DNA of 64,000 nt from Lingula anatina (Eukaryota; Animalia; Brachiopoda): positions 16,824,534 through 16,888,533 of the forward strand of contig CM120644.1 in the NCBI GenBank assembly GCA_051362555.1, written 5' to 3'. This document shows positions 51,532 through 63,646 of this stretch, one piece after another. The notes beneath the pieces were generated by a model, which had not been told where the DNA came from, made no database searches, and saw only the letters and a program-made list of their open reading frames with translations. The stretch's first letter is position 1. The number at the start of each line of letters is the position of its first letter. The translations under genes and the position numbers were made by a program.

Positions 51532-53538
51532 TCAAGCTAGGTTTTATGAACACAGGTAGGTTTTACATTATAAAGGTGTACTTTTTAAGCGAAAAGACAC
51601 ATCTTTTGGAAAAGTACTGGATAAAAGCCTGAGGTGTCATAATAACTTGTAACCAAAACAGACAGTCCTCTGCTATTACTCTTATTATAATTTTTTTTTA
51701 TTCAACACACAATACAATACTAAAGAGGTTTATACACCTGTTAGTATAGGAAGTTTATCAGACAAGCATAAGAAGCTTATCAATAAAGTAGAATAAGTAT
51801 CACTCTTACAACCATTTCAAATGAGTAATAAACAAGCTGTGAGACTAACTCTCAATGGTAAGAAGTCATAAGAAGACTTGATGGTGAAAACTAAATTAAG
51901 ACATCACAAGGCGACTGGAACCTCACCCTTACTCTAAACAGCATGCTGCATTTAATGCGCCCCTGCTTACGTGTAGTTTACCTTGCGGTGGCGGGAATCC
52001 CACGCGAATTCCGCAAGTGCACCAATGAAAACTGTCTTCAAATTACAGGTCACTCCATTGCAACTGAGTACAACTGACAATACTTTTTGTGGTTCTATGA
52101 TAAAATTCATAGCCCAGGTCTGTCACCAAAATCAGTAAGGTTTGTATTTAACAATCTTAAATAATATTTTCATAATGAAAGTATTGTGGTAAAAAAGGAA
52201 GCTTTGATTTTTATGTTCAGTTCAAGCTTTTAATGTATGAAAAACAATTTTTTTAAAATTAAAATAATCAATTAATTTTCACTAGTTTATCCACAAATAT
52301 GAATCAATTCTTCTAAAAGTATTTTCAGATTTGAGTCAAATCTTTCAAAATGCAATAAGAACATCAATAAATGTTCGCAAGAGCCCACTAGATACCCAAT
52401 TTTGATGCATTAAATCTTTTATTTAACTATTATTTGTTTCACATAATGCAAGTCCTACAAAACTGAGCCACACCAGTATTTAAAGTGTAATTTTACTTAT
52501 TTTGTGTACAATTCAATGAGCAAAGTATTAATCATATCACTTGTTAGGAATGCAAAACTTCAGTGTAAATCTCTGCACTGTCTGTATTTAAACTTTCCCT
52601 GAATTTAACCTTAGAAAGCAGTCACGCAAGTCTATCACTTGTTTGCTGCTTCTAAACCATAATATGCAGTTGTTTATTTTCACCTACATGTGTAAGTACA
52701 TAGTAAACACCCTATCAGGTGATCAAAGATGAATTCAGCGGACAATCTGACCCATATGATTTTAAACATGCCGTCTTAATAATTCGCTTAATCAACCAAG
52801 ACTTAAGTCAGTGCTGCTTGCAACACGGAATCCTATGGGTCAGAGGACACAAGACGGTTGGCCACATAGTTCATTATTTTAGCGTACATTTCAGTGCTCC
52901 AGAAGAATCAGAACGTGACTTCTGCTACGGTTTGCTGCTCAACCAGTCGTAAAATGAGGTAATCATTTTGGCCCATACAATTTTAGATCAATAACAATCA
53001 CTCCCATCAATATGGAAACCGGTTGAATTAACCCTGCCATTGAGAGTGTCACATAGTTTTAACGCAATCCCTGTCACCTATTGGAGAAGTTGTTTGATTA
53101 CGTGATCAAGACTGAGAATTTTGTTGACTTCTCATTGGTGTCCTCAAATGGGGGCTTGTGGGTTATTTAAGGCCTGTTTCCATTTGGAGTTAGTCTAGCC
53201 TAATTTGGAAGCATCCACCTCAACAGGCTCTCTAATTAAGTTAGGTTAGCCATACATAGCTTTTCATAACAAGAGATTTGCTTGACAGCCATGTGGGACT
53301 ACATAGGAATAACACTTGATCACTTTGATAAACTAACAGTAATTGAAGAGTTTTCTGAGATGGATCGCACTAGGATGGATCATCCCTGTTCCAATGGAAA
53401 CACACCTTGCACCACATGGCACTCCCTGGTTTAGTTTTGAGTTTCAAGTTGCAGAGGAAATGAACTTACTGCCTTCTACATAAATGCAACTTAAATTTTG
53501 TATCTGCAATACTCCAAAATGGTCTCTCAAATATGAAC

Positions 53539-53540
<2 letters not shown>

Positions 53541-53569
<29 letters not shown>
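53541..53569. repeat. (GA)n microsatellite
   Basis: Direct reading. Confidence 0.95.
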
Positions 53570-53572
<3 letters not shown>

Positions 53573-54543
53573 ACAAAATTGCAGCCACTTTCTATTCAAA
53601 TACACCACAATTTCAGCAATTTCGATATCTTCTTTTAGAAGATTTATCAAAACAAAAAAACATTCACTGTGCCTTGAAAGAAACTCCCTCTTCCTATCCT
53701 GTCTTTTTTATGTTTTTCCAACAAACCACTAAGGAAATCTGATTATATTCAAAGCAAGTGAGGAGCCATTACAGTAACCATTAATTTGGCACTCGCTTAT
53801 TTTTCTTCTTCCAGAAATAAAGCGACGACGACACCTTTCTATCCTATTATAAATCCCCTCAGGTACGTTCTGGAGAAGGAAAGACCTTTTCCAACAATAA
53901 ACCCATTATACCAAAGTACATCTGCCTCACACCTACAGTTCACACTCAGGTTCAAAGAAAGAAACATTTGAAATGAAAACCCGCTCCCTGTGACTCACCG
54001 TCTTAAAAACAAACCTCGCTACATAAACAGCCACCCCCAGGGTGCGCGTCCTGTTTTTTATCAGTTACCATGACAACTGTTTATACAGCGAGGAGACTGC
54101 GGGACCTGTGCAAGCGGTACGATTGCCTACAGAATCAATTCAATTTCCTCCCAAAGTCGGTAGGAATACAAGGCCCCCATTCTCTGCTGGGTTCACATTT
54201 TATATTTTTATCCCATCACAAAGTGGAGTCATTAACCTGAGCGCATGACTTTATATAATACAGCAGCACGCCATAGCACCCAAGGAAAACAGGGGCCGGT
54301 CTGTTATTACAGCAGGGATCAGAGAATATTATGACCTGGGCATTGCTTGAGGTGAAAGAGCAGAGGATTTAAAATAGAACAAAAGCCACAGATGTGACAG
54401 GTTGTAAAATGCGAAGAAATTTATGTGGTGTTGAAGTGGAAAATGCCATCATCACTCTTGGCATGATGGGATTGTATTAAAATATGCTGACCCTCCCTCA
54501 CCCCCCAGACACCCCCCAGACACCCCCCCCCTCCCCTCCATAC

Positions 54544-54674
54544 CAGGGGCGGATCCAGGGATATTTTCTGACAGTCTTCCAAATTATCTTTGTTGATCCA
54601 ACCTCCATTTTTGACCATCTTCCGAAAGAAAAAATTAGATACCCATACCCAAAGTAAACTTCTGACCGCCTTTG
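54544..54674 (+). mobile_element. MITE family C copy, truncated
   Basis: Begins caggggcggatccag and carries the family core; similarity ends after tctgaccg. Confidence 0.83.
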
Positions 54675-54950
54675 ACTATGATTATAATGACATGGTTCTG
54701 TGCAAATTTAATATCACTAAATGTCTGATTTTCCCTGGATAATACTGTACCCTTGTCTCCCCAGATGGTATTTTCCATTAACTGCTTTTTCAATAATGTG
54801 TCCCAAATACAACGAAACTCTCAATAATATAATAAGGGTCATCATCTTGAAAAATGCCCTCAATAATGAAACCACTTCAAAACAGAATGGACTACATTCT
54901 CCATTATGCTATAATGATGGCAAGGCACTTACTACCTTTTGTGATATTAA

Positions 54951-55118
54951 CAGGGGCGGATCCAGAGCTATATACTGACAGTCTTCCAAATTATCTTTGT
55001 TGATTCATCCTCCAATTTTGACCGTCTTCCAACATTAAAAATTGGATACCCGTCAATGTAAACTTGAAAATCTGACCGTCTTCTGGAAGACCCAGAAGAC
55101 GGCCTAAATCCGCCCTTG
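54951..55118 (+). mobile_element. 168-bp MITE family C (caggggcggat termini, 5-bp TSD attaa)
   Basis: TIR caggggcggat / atccgcccttg; attaa on both flanks; four copies in the window. Confidence 0.9.
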
Positions 55119-56275
55119 ATTAACATGTGGAAATATATTTTATTGACAATTCTGTTTTAACACTGTAACTTCTACCAAAGCACATTAATTACTTGTGTTC
55201 TTTTTATCCGTGATATGTTGAAAAAATATTCTAAAAAAAAAAAAAAAAAACAATTCATAATAAAAATTAACAATAACAATCCCAAAATTTCATTTCGTTC
55301 TTAATACCACAAAGAATGTTATGATTTAAAATTCTATTTCCTTCTTCATACCACAAGGAACAGTAAGATTTAAAATTCAGAGATAATTTTTTTCTTCCAT
55401 TCACAATAGCAAATATCAAATTCACTATTAAATACCCAAGGTCATCAAAATTTCTACGTATTATCCTCGTGTTAACATGAGCCTTAAGAGTATTGTAGGG
55501 CTCAGGGGCATGTTTACATCTAATATCATAAAATCTTTAATCCAATGTGCAGCAAAGTGAGAAAATGTCCATCTGGCCTATCACTAAACCTCACATTCAT
55601 TCAAGACCAAAGAAATCTTGATGCACATTTCATATGGGATTAAATGGGGATTAAAAGACTCGATGGATGCTATATATAGCCAAAGACATTGTTCGAAATG
55701 TCAACACGCCATTAAATATTCATTGTAGATATTCTATTCCGTTGGACATCTGCCAATTCTCCTCAATCTGTTTCAATTGGGTCAAGTTGCATACTTTGGA
55801 GGGGATAATCGATAACCCCTCCCTCTCGCAAGAGAGACCATCGCTATGCTGTAACTATTATTGTCCAGTGAACAATGCAGGTGTTTCACTCGAGGCGGGA
55901 GAAAATGGGAAATAACAGGTGAAGTGTTGTAATGGAAAACTATAGATTAAGTGTTACTATGGGTGATAACTGAATAATTACACTTACGGGAGATAATTAT
56001 ACTTACAAGTTGTTTTAAGAAGAGAAAATGTATCTTTTGTCTCATAAGAGGAAAGCAGATTAATTGTAATAACAGGAGACAACAGGTTAATGATTATGAT
56101 AAAACATAACAGATTAATTGTAATGATAATATATATGTCATTTCCAGCATGGTGAGTAAAAATGGTATCATATCTTATCACAACTACCACACTGTTGTTT
56201 GGGACACAACTGGCACAATCTCAGAGGAAATCTCTCTCACACACTTGTATTTTTGACACCAAATGCAATGGGTCA

Positions 56276-56448
56276 CTGGGGTAGCGCTAGCAATTTTTTT
56301 CGCTTCGCCAAATCATCACTTTTTTGTCAATTTGTTATGAAAATGGTTTTAATTTGACTAAAATTCATCAAATCAAGTCCTTTTTGTTTAGCCAATTTAA
56401 GTCAGTTTTAGCGTTTGGCTAAATTGGCGAGTGCTAGCGCTATCCTAG
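56276..56448 (-). mobile_element. MITE family D copy (TSD ggtca/gatca)
   Basis: Reverse-complement match to 44500-44676; the 5-bp flanks differ at one base. Confidence 0.85.
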
Positions 56449-56869
56449 GATCAGCACATTCATCTTTATAACACTACAATACTAAAATCAGCTTTCCAAA
56501 CTTGCAAAATTTATATCTCTAGAAAATTGAGTCCAGAACACATTTGGTTCCTAACACTCTGCATCTCTACTGAACTGGGTATTTATGAAATATTATAAAT
56601 GTAGACACACACTTTCGGGATCTTTTGACTTTTCATTTTGATCTGCAGTTATATAGGCCAATGTTTTCTTAACCACTGACAAAATTATACATAATCCCTA
56701 TTAGTTGTATGGGAGTCTTTTCCCAGTAAAATATGGCTGTTAACCATTCAGAGAAGGAATTACATGTCAAAGAGGTAACCAAGATAGAACTCAATCAAAC
56801 CCATGTCCAATCACAATAACAAGAATGCTTCTTACATCTGCATATTCATATTTATATAACTCTGAAAAC

Positions 56870-56872
<3 letters not shown>

Positions 56873-56931
<59 letters not shown>
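56873..56931. repeat. (TC)n microsatellite just downstream of an exon donor
   Basis: Direct reading. Confidence 0.96.
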
Positions 56932-56934
<3 letters not shown>

Positions 56935-56953
56935 AGTCAAAAAAGCTGCTTAC

Positions 56954-57086
56954 CAGTGTGGTTTCTATCCTCTCGCCCGGCAGGCAACTGAAACTCTATC
57001 TTCTCAGCTTTGTAACCTCGGTACAGGATGTGATGTGGCTCGTCTTCATCAAAACTAACACTCAGTTCATACTCTAAAGGTGTATC
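56954..57086 (-). CDS. PKD1L1: PKD1L1-like exon, 133 nt, phase 0-1
   Basis: catag acceptor; DTPLEYELSVSFDEDEPHHILYRGYKAEKIEFQLPAGREDRNHT; gtaag donor. Confidence 0.87.
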
Positions 57087-57653
57087 CTATGTGAAATAAA
57101 ACGCATTAGTAATATGTGATCATCATTATTTAGATGTCACACAAAAAAATATCACCATTAAAACCAGCGTCAATTTGTCTGAAAGGATGGAAAAATTCCA
57201 ACAGATCAAAGAATTACCATTCTTTTATCATGTTAACAAATATTTCCATATTCCCGAATGTAACTTTTCTTACAAAACAAAAATTGGTACCAGGCACTCT
57301 CCACATGATAAATAAAAGAGATATTGGAGAAACGAAAATGTGGAAAAAAAAAAAACATACAAATATTATATTTATCAATGCAACCATATTCAACAACTTC
57401 TCAACCTTTTTGGCTACCTGGGATAAGTTGCAATATCATCAAAACCCTATATATTTTAACACATCAGTTTCTTATTAGAATTAATGTTTAAAATATCCAT
57501 TAGTGCACTTTCATGTTCAAAACAGCACAGCACCAAATAAGCTTTTAAATGAAATAAGGTTTTATATAGACCTCCAAAATTACTGTTCTTATAATAGTTA
57601 ATGTTGTAATTCCGTTATATACTGGTAAATACATATTATATAAAATATCCCAC

Positions 57654-58018
57654 CTGGTCAACCCACTGTAAGCAGAAAGCACTGAATGTCGTCTGCAGCT
57701 CGACGCCATTGCTAGGGCGGACATCACATTTCCCATACACTGGGCTCTCATTGACCCAAATATCTGCCCAGGTCTCTCCCACGACCCTGCTGTCTTTGTC
57801 CTTCACCTTGACCTGGATAATGTGAAAGCGCCCCTGCGTAAGCACGTGGGGGCTGATGATGAGGGACTGCTGATGAAGCCCCGTTACCGTCTGCTCAGGC
57901 CTGATGGGAATGGCTGTGCGGGCGTAGCTAACGATGTGGGGGTTTTCTTTGTCCTTCTTGTTCCCGTCAAAAGCGCCATCTGGTGGGGTGGCTGGTGGAA
58001 CAGTAGGCACGTCCACAC
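57654..58018 (-). CDS. PKD1L1: PKD1L1-like exon (REJ C-terminal half), 365 nt, phase 1-0
   Basis: Lies within ORF 57636..58031; VTGLHQQSLIISPHVL..VNESPVYGKCDVRPSNGVELQTTFSAFCLQWVDQ; CAG/gtggg donor. Confidence 0.9.
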
Positions 58019-59168
58019 CTTTAAAGTTCAAAGGAAAAATTTAATATTATAGACAGTTAAAAAGGAATGAGAAAATTGCTTGTACACAAGGATTACACTA
58101 AAAAAAATTAATGGGAAGAGTTGTGATGCAGATCACATTAAACTTTGTATACTACTGGTGAATGAAATTAATTTGCAAAAAGGTAAAGAAATGTTTCACC
58201 ATTTGTGAAGCAAAATTTCCTCTTATTGTACTAGACCTGTCTCCAAGTACTGAAAAATGTTCTGAATGATTTTGACATAAATTTTCGAACTGAACAAAAA
58301 GAAATGTGAAATCCTCTACTTCAAAATCTTGGTACCATCTTTAAGACAACAAATCCACAGCAGTCAAAAAACCACATCAAACCAAGAGTCCCTACTCCTT
58401 CTAGTGTCAATTTTAAAACAGACTTAAACCCCAAGATCTTTTGTGAGACTAGCCTTAAGGCCATGGGGTGTTTAGCCTGTCAAACATAAGGGTGATAAAT
58501 CAGACTTGGCTCGTCACCCAAATGTCTATCAAGGTCATGATCTTAGCAGCAGGTACCACAAATACACCTGTAATTTGAAAGATCCCAATCTTGCCATGCG
58601 CGTCCAAAACCCCTGCTTTATTTTCAGCGACCGTGCCATGCTCTACATACTAAATTGAAAAAACAGCCCCTTATTGCGGTTTCTTTATGATAATTGGGTA
58701 ATATTTTAATGACAACTTGGTCATGGCATGATACATTTCGGTGATTTTTGAACACAGATAACTATGTACGCTGTTAGTCCCAGACAGTGTCACTCTTTAA
58801 AACTCAGACAAGTTGATTTTAAAAGATGCAACAGTATATACGCAATAAGAAACAAATAATTTATGATACTTACTAACTGAATTTGAACAAAATAGTAACT
58901 ATATTCTCCAAAAGAATATTTTTAGACACACATAAAGCAAACATGAAAATCTTAATTTGAAAGTTCCCTATTGTGACTTAGTGTAAAATTGTCACAAAGT
59001 GTTGTTTTTTTTTTGTGTGAAAAACCAAATAAAACAAACTAAATCCTGAAAAACAGAAATACCGAATTTAATGTGGCAATCGAAAATTTCAAGCGATTAC
59101 TGCAATGCTAGGGAAAGGATTCTGTCTACTGACCACACAAAATATGAAGTGTTCGGAGTAACACTTAC

Positions 59169-59255
59169 CTGGACTACCACTACCGCTGCCTGTACCTCTC
59201 CCAGGTCCGTTGCCTCTCCCTCCCTCTCCGCCCTCTGAAGGATTGCCAAAGTTAG
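59169..59255 (-). CDS. PKD1L1: PKD1L1-like exon (REJ insertion, Gly-rich), 87 nt, phase 1-1
   Basis: cttcag acceptor; ANFGNPSEGGEGGRGNGPGRGTGSGSGSP; gtaagt donor. Confidence 0.82.
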
Positions 59256-59479
59256 CTGAAGAGAACCAATCAAATGTTTTGTAAATAATATATGTGAACA
59301 AATATAATACTGCTCATATATAATTTTTTTTTATATAAAATGATAGATCTAAAGAAAAAATCTAGTTGTACATCCATGTTTTCACACATAATTAAACAAA
59401 TAGACCTAAAAAAAAACATTTTTTAAAGAAATTTTGTTGATCTTCCTGAAGACCAAGAGAATCCATCACCATTTTTTAC

Positions 59480-59581
59480 CTGATCCGCCTTCCATAATCA
59501 TTCCCTCAGTCTGTCGCCTTCGTCTGACTGGTCCAGACGCAGGGTGAAGGTCAATGTCATCAACATCTCTCTTGTGTCGAT
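59480..59581 (-). CDS. PKD1L1: PKD1L1-like exon (REJ insertion with two polybasic sites), 102 nt, phase 1-1
   Basis: ttgcag acceptor; DRHKRDVDDIDLHPASGPVRRRRQTEGMIMEGGS; CAG/gtaaaa donor. Confidence 0.8.
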
Positions 59582-61314
59582 CTGCAAGTAAAAGCATTAC
59601 AGTTATTCTTTCTATCCACTAACTTTTGTACAAGCAAAAATACTTATTTCCATTTTCCAGTCATTTTATGACTACCTTCCAAAAGTCATAAAAAAAAACT
59701 CTGCAAACATGTCACTCCAACATATTAAACTATGATTTCTTAGGTTTGCCTCTGCCAACACTGAGTGTCAAAAATTTGCTAAGCATATCATTTCCACACA
59801 AACAAGTGCACAAACAAACCAGACAAGAGCCTAGATTTCAAAAAATAAACTTTGAACATTTATCATGGGACCCAACACCTAACCTTGACAAATCTCAGAA
59901 ACCATCAGAATTGTAGTTTAAAAAAAAAACGCGGAATTCTGCTTTTCCACGGAAAAAGCTCATGTCTGACAAACAAACAAACTAACTAACAAACAAACCA
60001 AATACACATCCCACCTGCTTTTCATCAAGTAGCAAGTGCTTTACCAACATGACAGGGCACCATATCACCTCAAGCATGCTAGCCCAGCCAGACCTGCATG
60101 CAAACAAGTCATTGTACCTAGAAACCATTAAGATCTATTTCCACTTCGCTGGCCAAGCAGACACACCTGACGTGAGCAGAGGGCAGGCTACTTTGAGTTC
60201 CTTAAAGGGTCCATTCATTGGACTGCTGGTGTTTTATATCTTTATCACTTTATTTTTAGATGACCTGTAAGGGTGTTAACCTCTGTCTTTGCAGAGATTA
60301 TGACACAGAAGAAAGTAGGAATGTCCTTAGAAACCCCTTGTTTTCTTTTAAACAACTTGATTCAGTGTCAGAAGTTAATAGGCATTTACGTTATGACTTT
60401 ATGTTTTAAAATTCGGTTCTAAAAATTAGCTACTAACAGTGCATTTTTACCTTAACAAGAGAAAGATGTAAAGAATGCATGTATCTGTTCAATTGGAGCA
60501 TGACAAGTGATGCAAAAAGTGAGATCATTTCTCTAACCCCTTTCACTCTCACTGCTGGCCCATTCATGTACAATTTCAACTTTCCACCCTGTCAACCTGC
60601 TGAGTCCAATGACTTAATTATATTCTCTACTCCTTCTACTCTCCCACAGTCAACAGGTGACCCTGACCTCGACTAACAGCTTCAACAGGAATCTCATTTT
60701 AAATATTGCAGCCATTTTTTTAATGGTTCTGCTGGGATGGAAAAAAATTCTGCCTGCAGGCTTTGATGCAAGATCTGATAATCCAAAAAACTGTATGAGG
60801 ATTCATAGTAAAAACTGGAGAGATATACAGAGTGGTAGGAATTAAAATATTTTAGTAACTAAACTGATTAAACTGAAGTATTAAAATATTTTTAGTAACT
60901 AAACTGACTAGACTGACCCACATGCCTTTGAAGTAAGGTAAATACTCAGAAAGTTTGAGCAAAATTAATTTTTCGTATTCCACAAATTAAAAGTATATGT
61001 ATATAACAAGCTGAAATTTACACTCTAAAATTGTAAAACAAATTGGTCTTTTAATTTTTGATTGGTTCATTAAACACTTTTTATTTCATTTTTATACTTT
61101 AAAATCATTTGAAAAAAAATGAAACAAATGAAACTTCTGAAATTTTTGAGCATTTACTAAAGTGAGGCATTCCATTCACATTTCATCAGTTCCTTTTTAC
61201 TGTATCTACTTAAATTTATTGGATATCAGATTGAAAAAAGAAATGAAATTAATAAATCAAAATAATTAACACAAATTTATAGAAATATAGACAAAAGCTT
61301 CAAAAATTGCTCAC

Positions 61315-61398
61315 CACTGTCTTCAGAGCCCTCTTGCATGTCTCCAAATCCTGGGAAAGGGTTGAAATTTGGCAACGGAGTACTACTTGGGCCTGTAT
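61315..61398 (-). CDS. PKD1L1: PKD1L1-like exon (REJ insertion), 84 nt, phase 1-1
   Basis: tttacag acceptor; TGPSSTPLPNFNPFPGFGDMQEGSEDS; gtgag donor. Confidence 0.8.
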
Positions 61399-61877
61399 CT
61401 GTAAAGATATACACCAGAAGTGATAACATATGGTACTTACTCAATCTTTTCTGTGGGCAAAAAATGATCAAACTTTCAGATACATATTTTTATGATCTCA
61501 AAAAAATTATTTCTATACAGCATTTGTGGTGCTCTTACTGCATAGAAGAGAATGATGAGTAGCCCACTTTTTAATTTTGTTGCTACCACTCATTACAAGA
61601 GGAATGTTCTAAATTATCGAAATTATGACTTAAAAATACTGGACATTCATGTAGATCTGCTAAATGTTATGTCATTTATCACAAGGACATCGTCAGGGCA
61701 CTGTCACTACAGGTGGCACTGCTGGTGGTACAGCAGTCTTCAAGTGACATTGGAGAATTTGCAAGACATCTAGCGGATATATGTAATTGCCAGTTTGAGA
61801 TTTGATATTTTTGCCTCTTGAACATGACAACTGGATAAATGCTAATTTACATTATGATACAATTCAAGTTCACTTAC

Positions 61878-62021
61878 TATCAGGGGCTGGAGTACTGGTT
61901 GAGGTGGGTGCTGCAGTTGTGGTTGATAAATTCAAGCTGCTTGCGGTGGAATTCGCCCATCGGAGATACAAAATGTAGGAGGAGCCGTCCGACTTCACAC
62001 ACTGCCCTTCATCATGGGCTC
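61878..62021 (-). CDS. PKD1L1: PKD1L1-like exon (REJ insertion, Ser/Thr-rich), 144 nt, phase 1-1
   Basis: acag acceptor; AHDEGQCVKSDGSSY...STTTAAPTSTSTPAPD; gtaagt donor. Confidence 0.82.
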
Positions 62022-62393
62022 CTGTAGTGATAAAAATATAGTTAAGAGATAAATATTGATGTACAAGTAACAATTCTGAATGATGAACTATTACATATTT
62101 GTATATTTTTAATATACTTTAAATTTTATAAATGAGTTTCAGAAAATCAGTTTTTACAACCAAGGTTAATTTGTCTTTACATTATAGCCAGATAATTCAA
62201 AATAATGGTCTTAACATAAAATTCAAGTCATGTTCAACTTAATAAGCATTATGTGACATAGAGTAAGAAGTACTATCCTTTCATAAGTGCAAATGAAAAT
62301 ATTAAAATTATGACCATTCAGACAAGCTCAGGCTGTTTCAGCATTTTACACATTGTTTTTAACTGAGAATAATAAAGTAATGCTCATAATTAC

Positions 62394-62545
62394 CTGCAGG
62401 AGTTGCGGCTCTCCCATCATGCACCAGGTTGACCTCCCATTCGTATTCCAGGTCATCCGGACAATCTGGACAGGAGGCCTCCATGCTCAGACGATAGTCG
62501 GAATTAACTACGGTGTTTTTACAACCTTTGCATTGGATACTTACA
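62394..62545 (-). CDS. PKD1L1: PKD1L1-like exon (REJ, Cys-rich), 152 nt, phase 2-1
   Basis: ttcag acceptor; VSIQCKGCKNTVVNSDYRLSMEASCPDCPDDLEYEWEVNLV; gtaat donor. Confidence 0.88.
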
Positions 62546-62789
62546 CTGAAACATCATAAATTACAATAAAGTAAGTGTCACAATCAATCAGTGTTACTGA
62601 TGAGAGAGAGAGAGATAGAGAGAGAGAAGGGGGGAGGAAGAAAAAGAGAGAGAGACCACCTTTACAATTTTTTGCAGCAGCCACACTATTTCCAGCATCT
62701 GGCAAAAAGCAAAAAAATTAACACTAACACTCAAACTAAAACTTAAGTGCAGCACTTTCATACACACAGACTTAAAAATACTATCTCAC

Positions 62790-63020
62790 CTGTAGCGCAC
62801 AATGTCCGTCAGAATGACCACTGTCGTTGTTGAATTTGCTTTTCCTCCATTGCTGACAGTCAAATTGAAGACATATTCCAGTGGCACTTTGTCAGCTTTC
62901 ATTGGCAGCAGGTGCTCCCTTGTTACCTGCAGTATTGGCTGATCTAAACTGGGCAGGTTCACATTCTCTCTAAAGCATGACTTTGAGGTATTGGTCAGGA
63001 GATAGCAAGTCCAGTTGTAC
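62790..63020 (-). CDS. PKD1L1: PKD1L1-like exon (REJ), 231 nt, phase 2-2
   Basis: cag acceptor; YNWTCYLLTNTSKSCF...EYVFNLTVSNGGKANSTTTVVIL; gtgag donor. Confidence 0.88.
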
Positions 63021-63165
63021 CTGGGTCAGAAGCAAAGAAAGTATTAATCTTAGGGACCACTCCCATAAACCTATCGTACTAGCAGGATCAATCTATCTCC
63101 GAGGGGATTCTCCCTAAATTGCATTCATTGTAAGTGTGCATGAAAGATAATAATCTGGCTCTTAC

Positions 63166-63341
63166 CTCAATATGGCCGTCTGGTTGTCTGGGTCATACGA
63201 GGCCGTTCCATCCAGCTCGACCGTATCATTAGTGTTGAAGTATCTCATGACGCCACCCTTGATGACACTCACTATTGGCGTGGGCGCCATGACTACCCGC
63301 GCTTCTGCTTTGGTGGTTACTATGGTGTTGTTGATGCCAAC
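63166..63341 (-). CDS. PKD1L1: PKD1L1-like exon (REJ), 176 nt, phase 0-2
   Basis: VGINNTIV...IVSVIKGGVMRYFNTNDTVELDGTASYDPDNQTAIL; gtaag donor; the acceptor is a weaker aag. Confidence 0.88.
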
Positions 63342-63646
63342 CTTGAAGACAATAAGTGCGTGTTTGATTATTAAAATAAAACAATGTTAATAGTACATGA
63401 CTGATACATTACCATGTGGTTTTTAACTGGAGAATAATGGGTCAATAATATTGCCTTGATCATTTTTCATTATTCATTTCTGAAGTTTGAAAAACAACAG
63501 AAAGACCTTGCTCAAAGTCAATAATTCATTATAACATTGGTAAGTTAACATGTTTTCAACAACTGATATCTATTATGACTGCTATCAAACACGTTCAAAC
63601 TTAAGAAACTCCACAATGTTAAAATCAAACTTTTTGTCGTTTTTAC

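Noticed and set aside
58490-58570. Possible extra phase-1 exon on the minus strand
   Set aside because: An acceptor is present but the donor is weak, and the peptide does not fit the flanking low-complexity sequence.
61640-61775. GC-richer exon-like stretch between two REJ-insertion exons
   Set aside because: The phase-compatible frame reaches a stop before any good donor.
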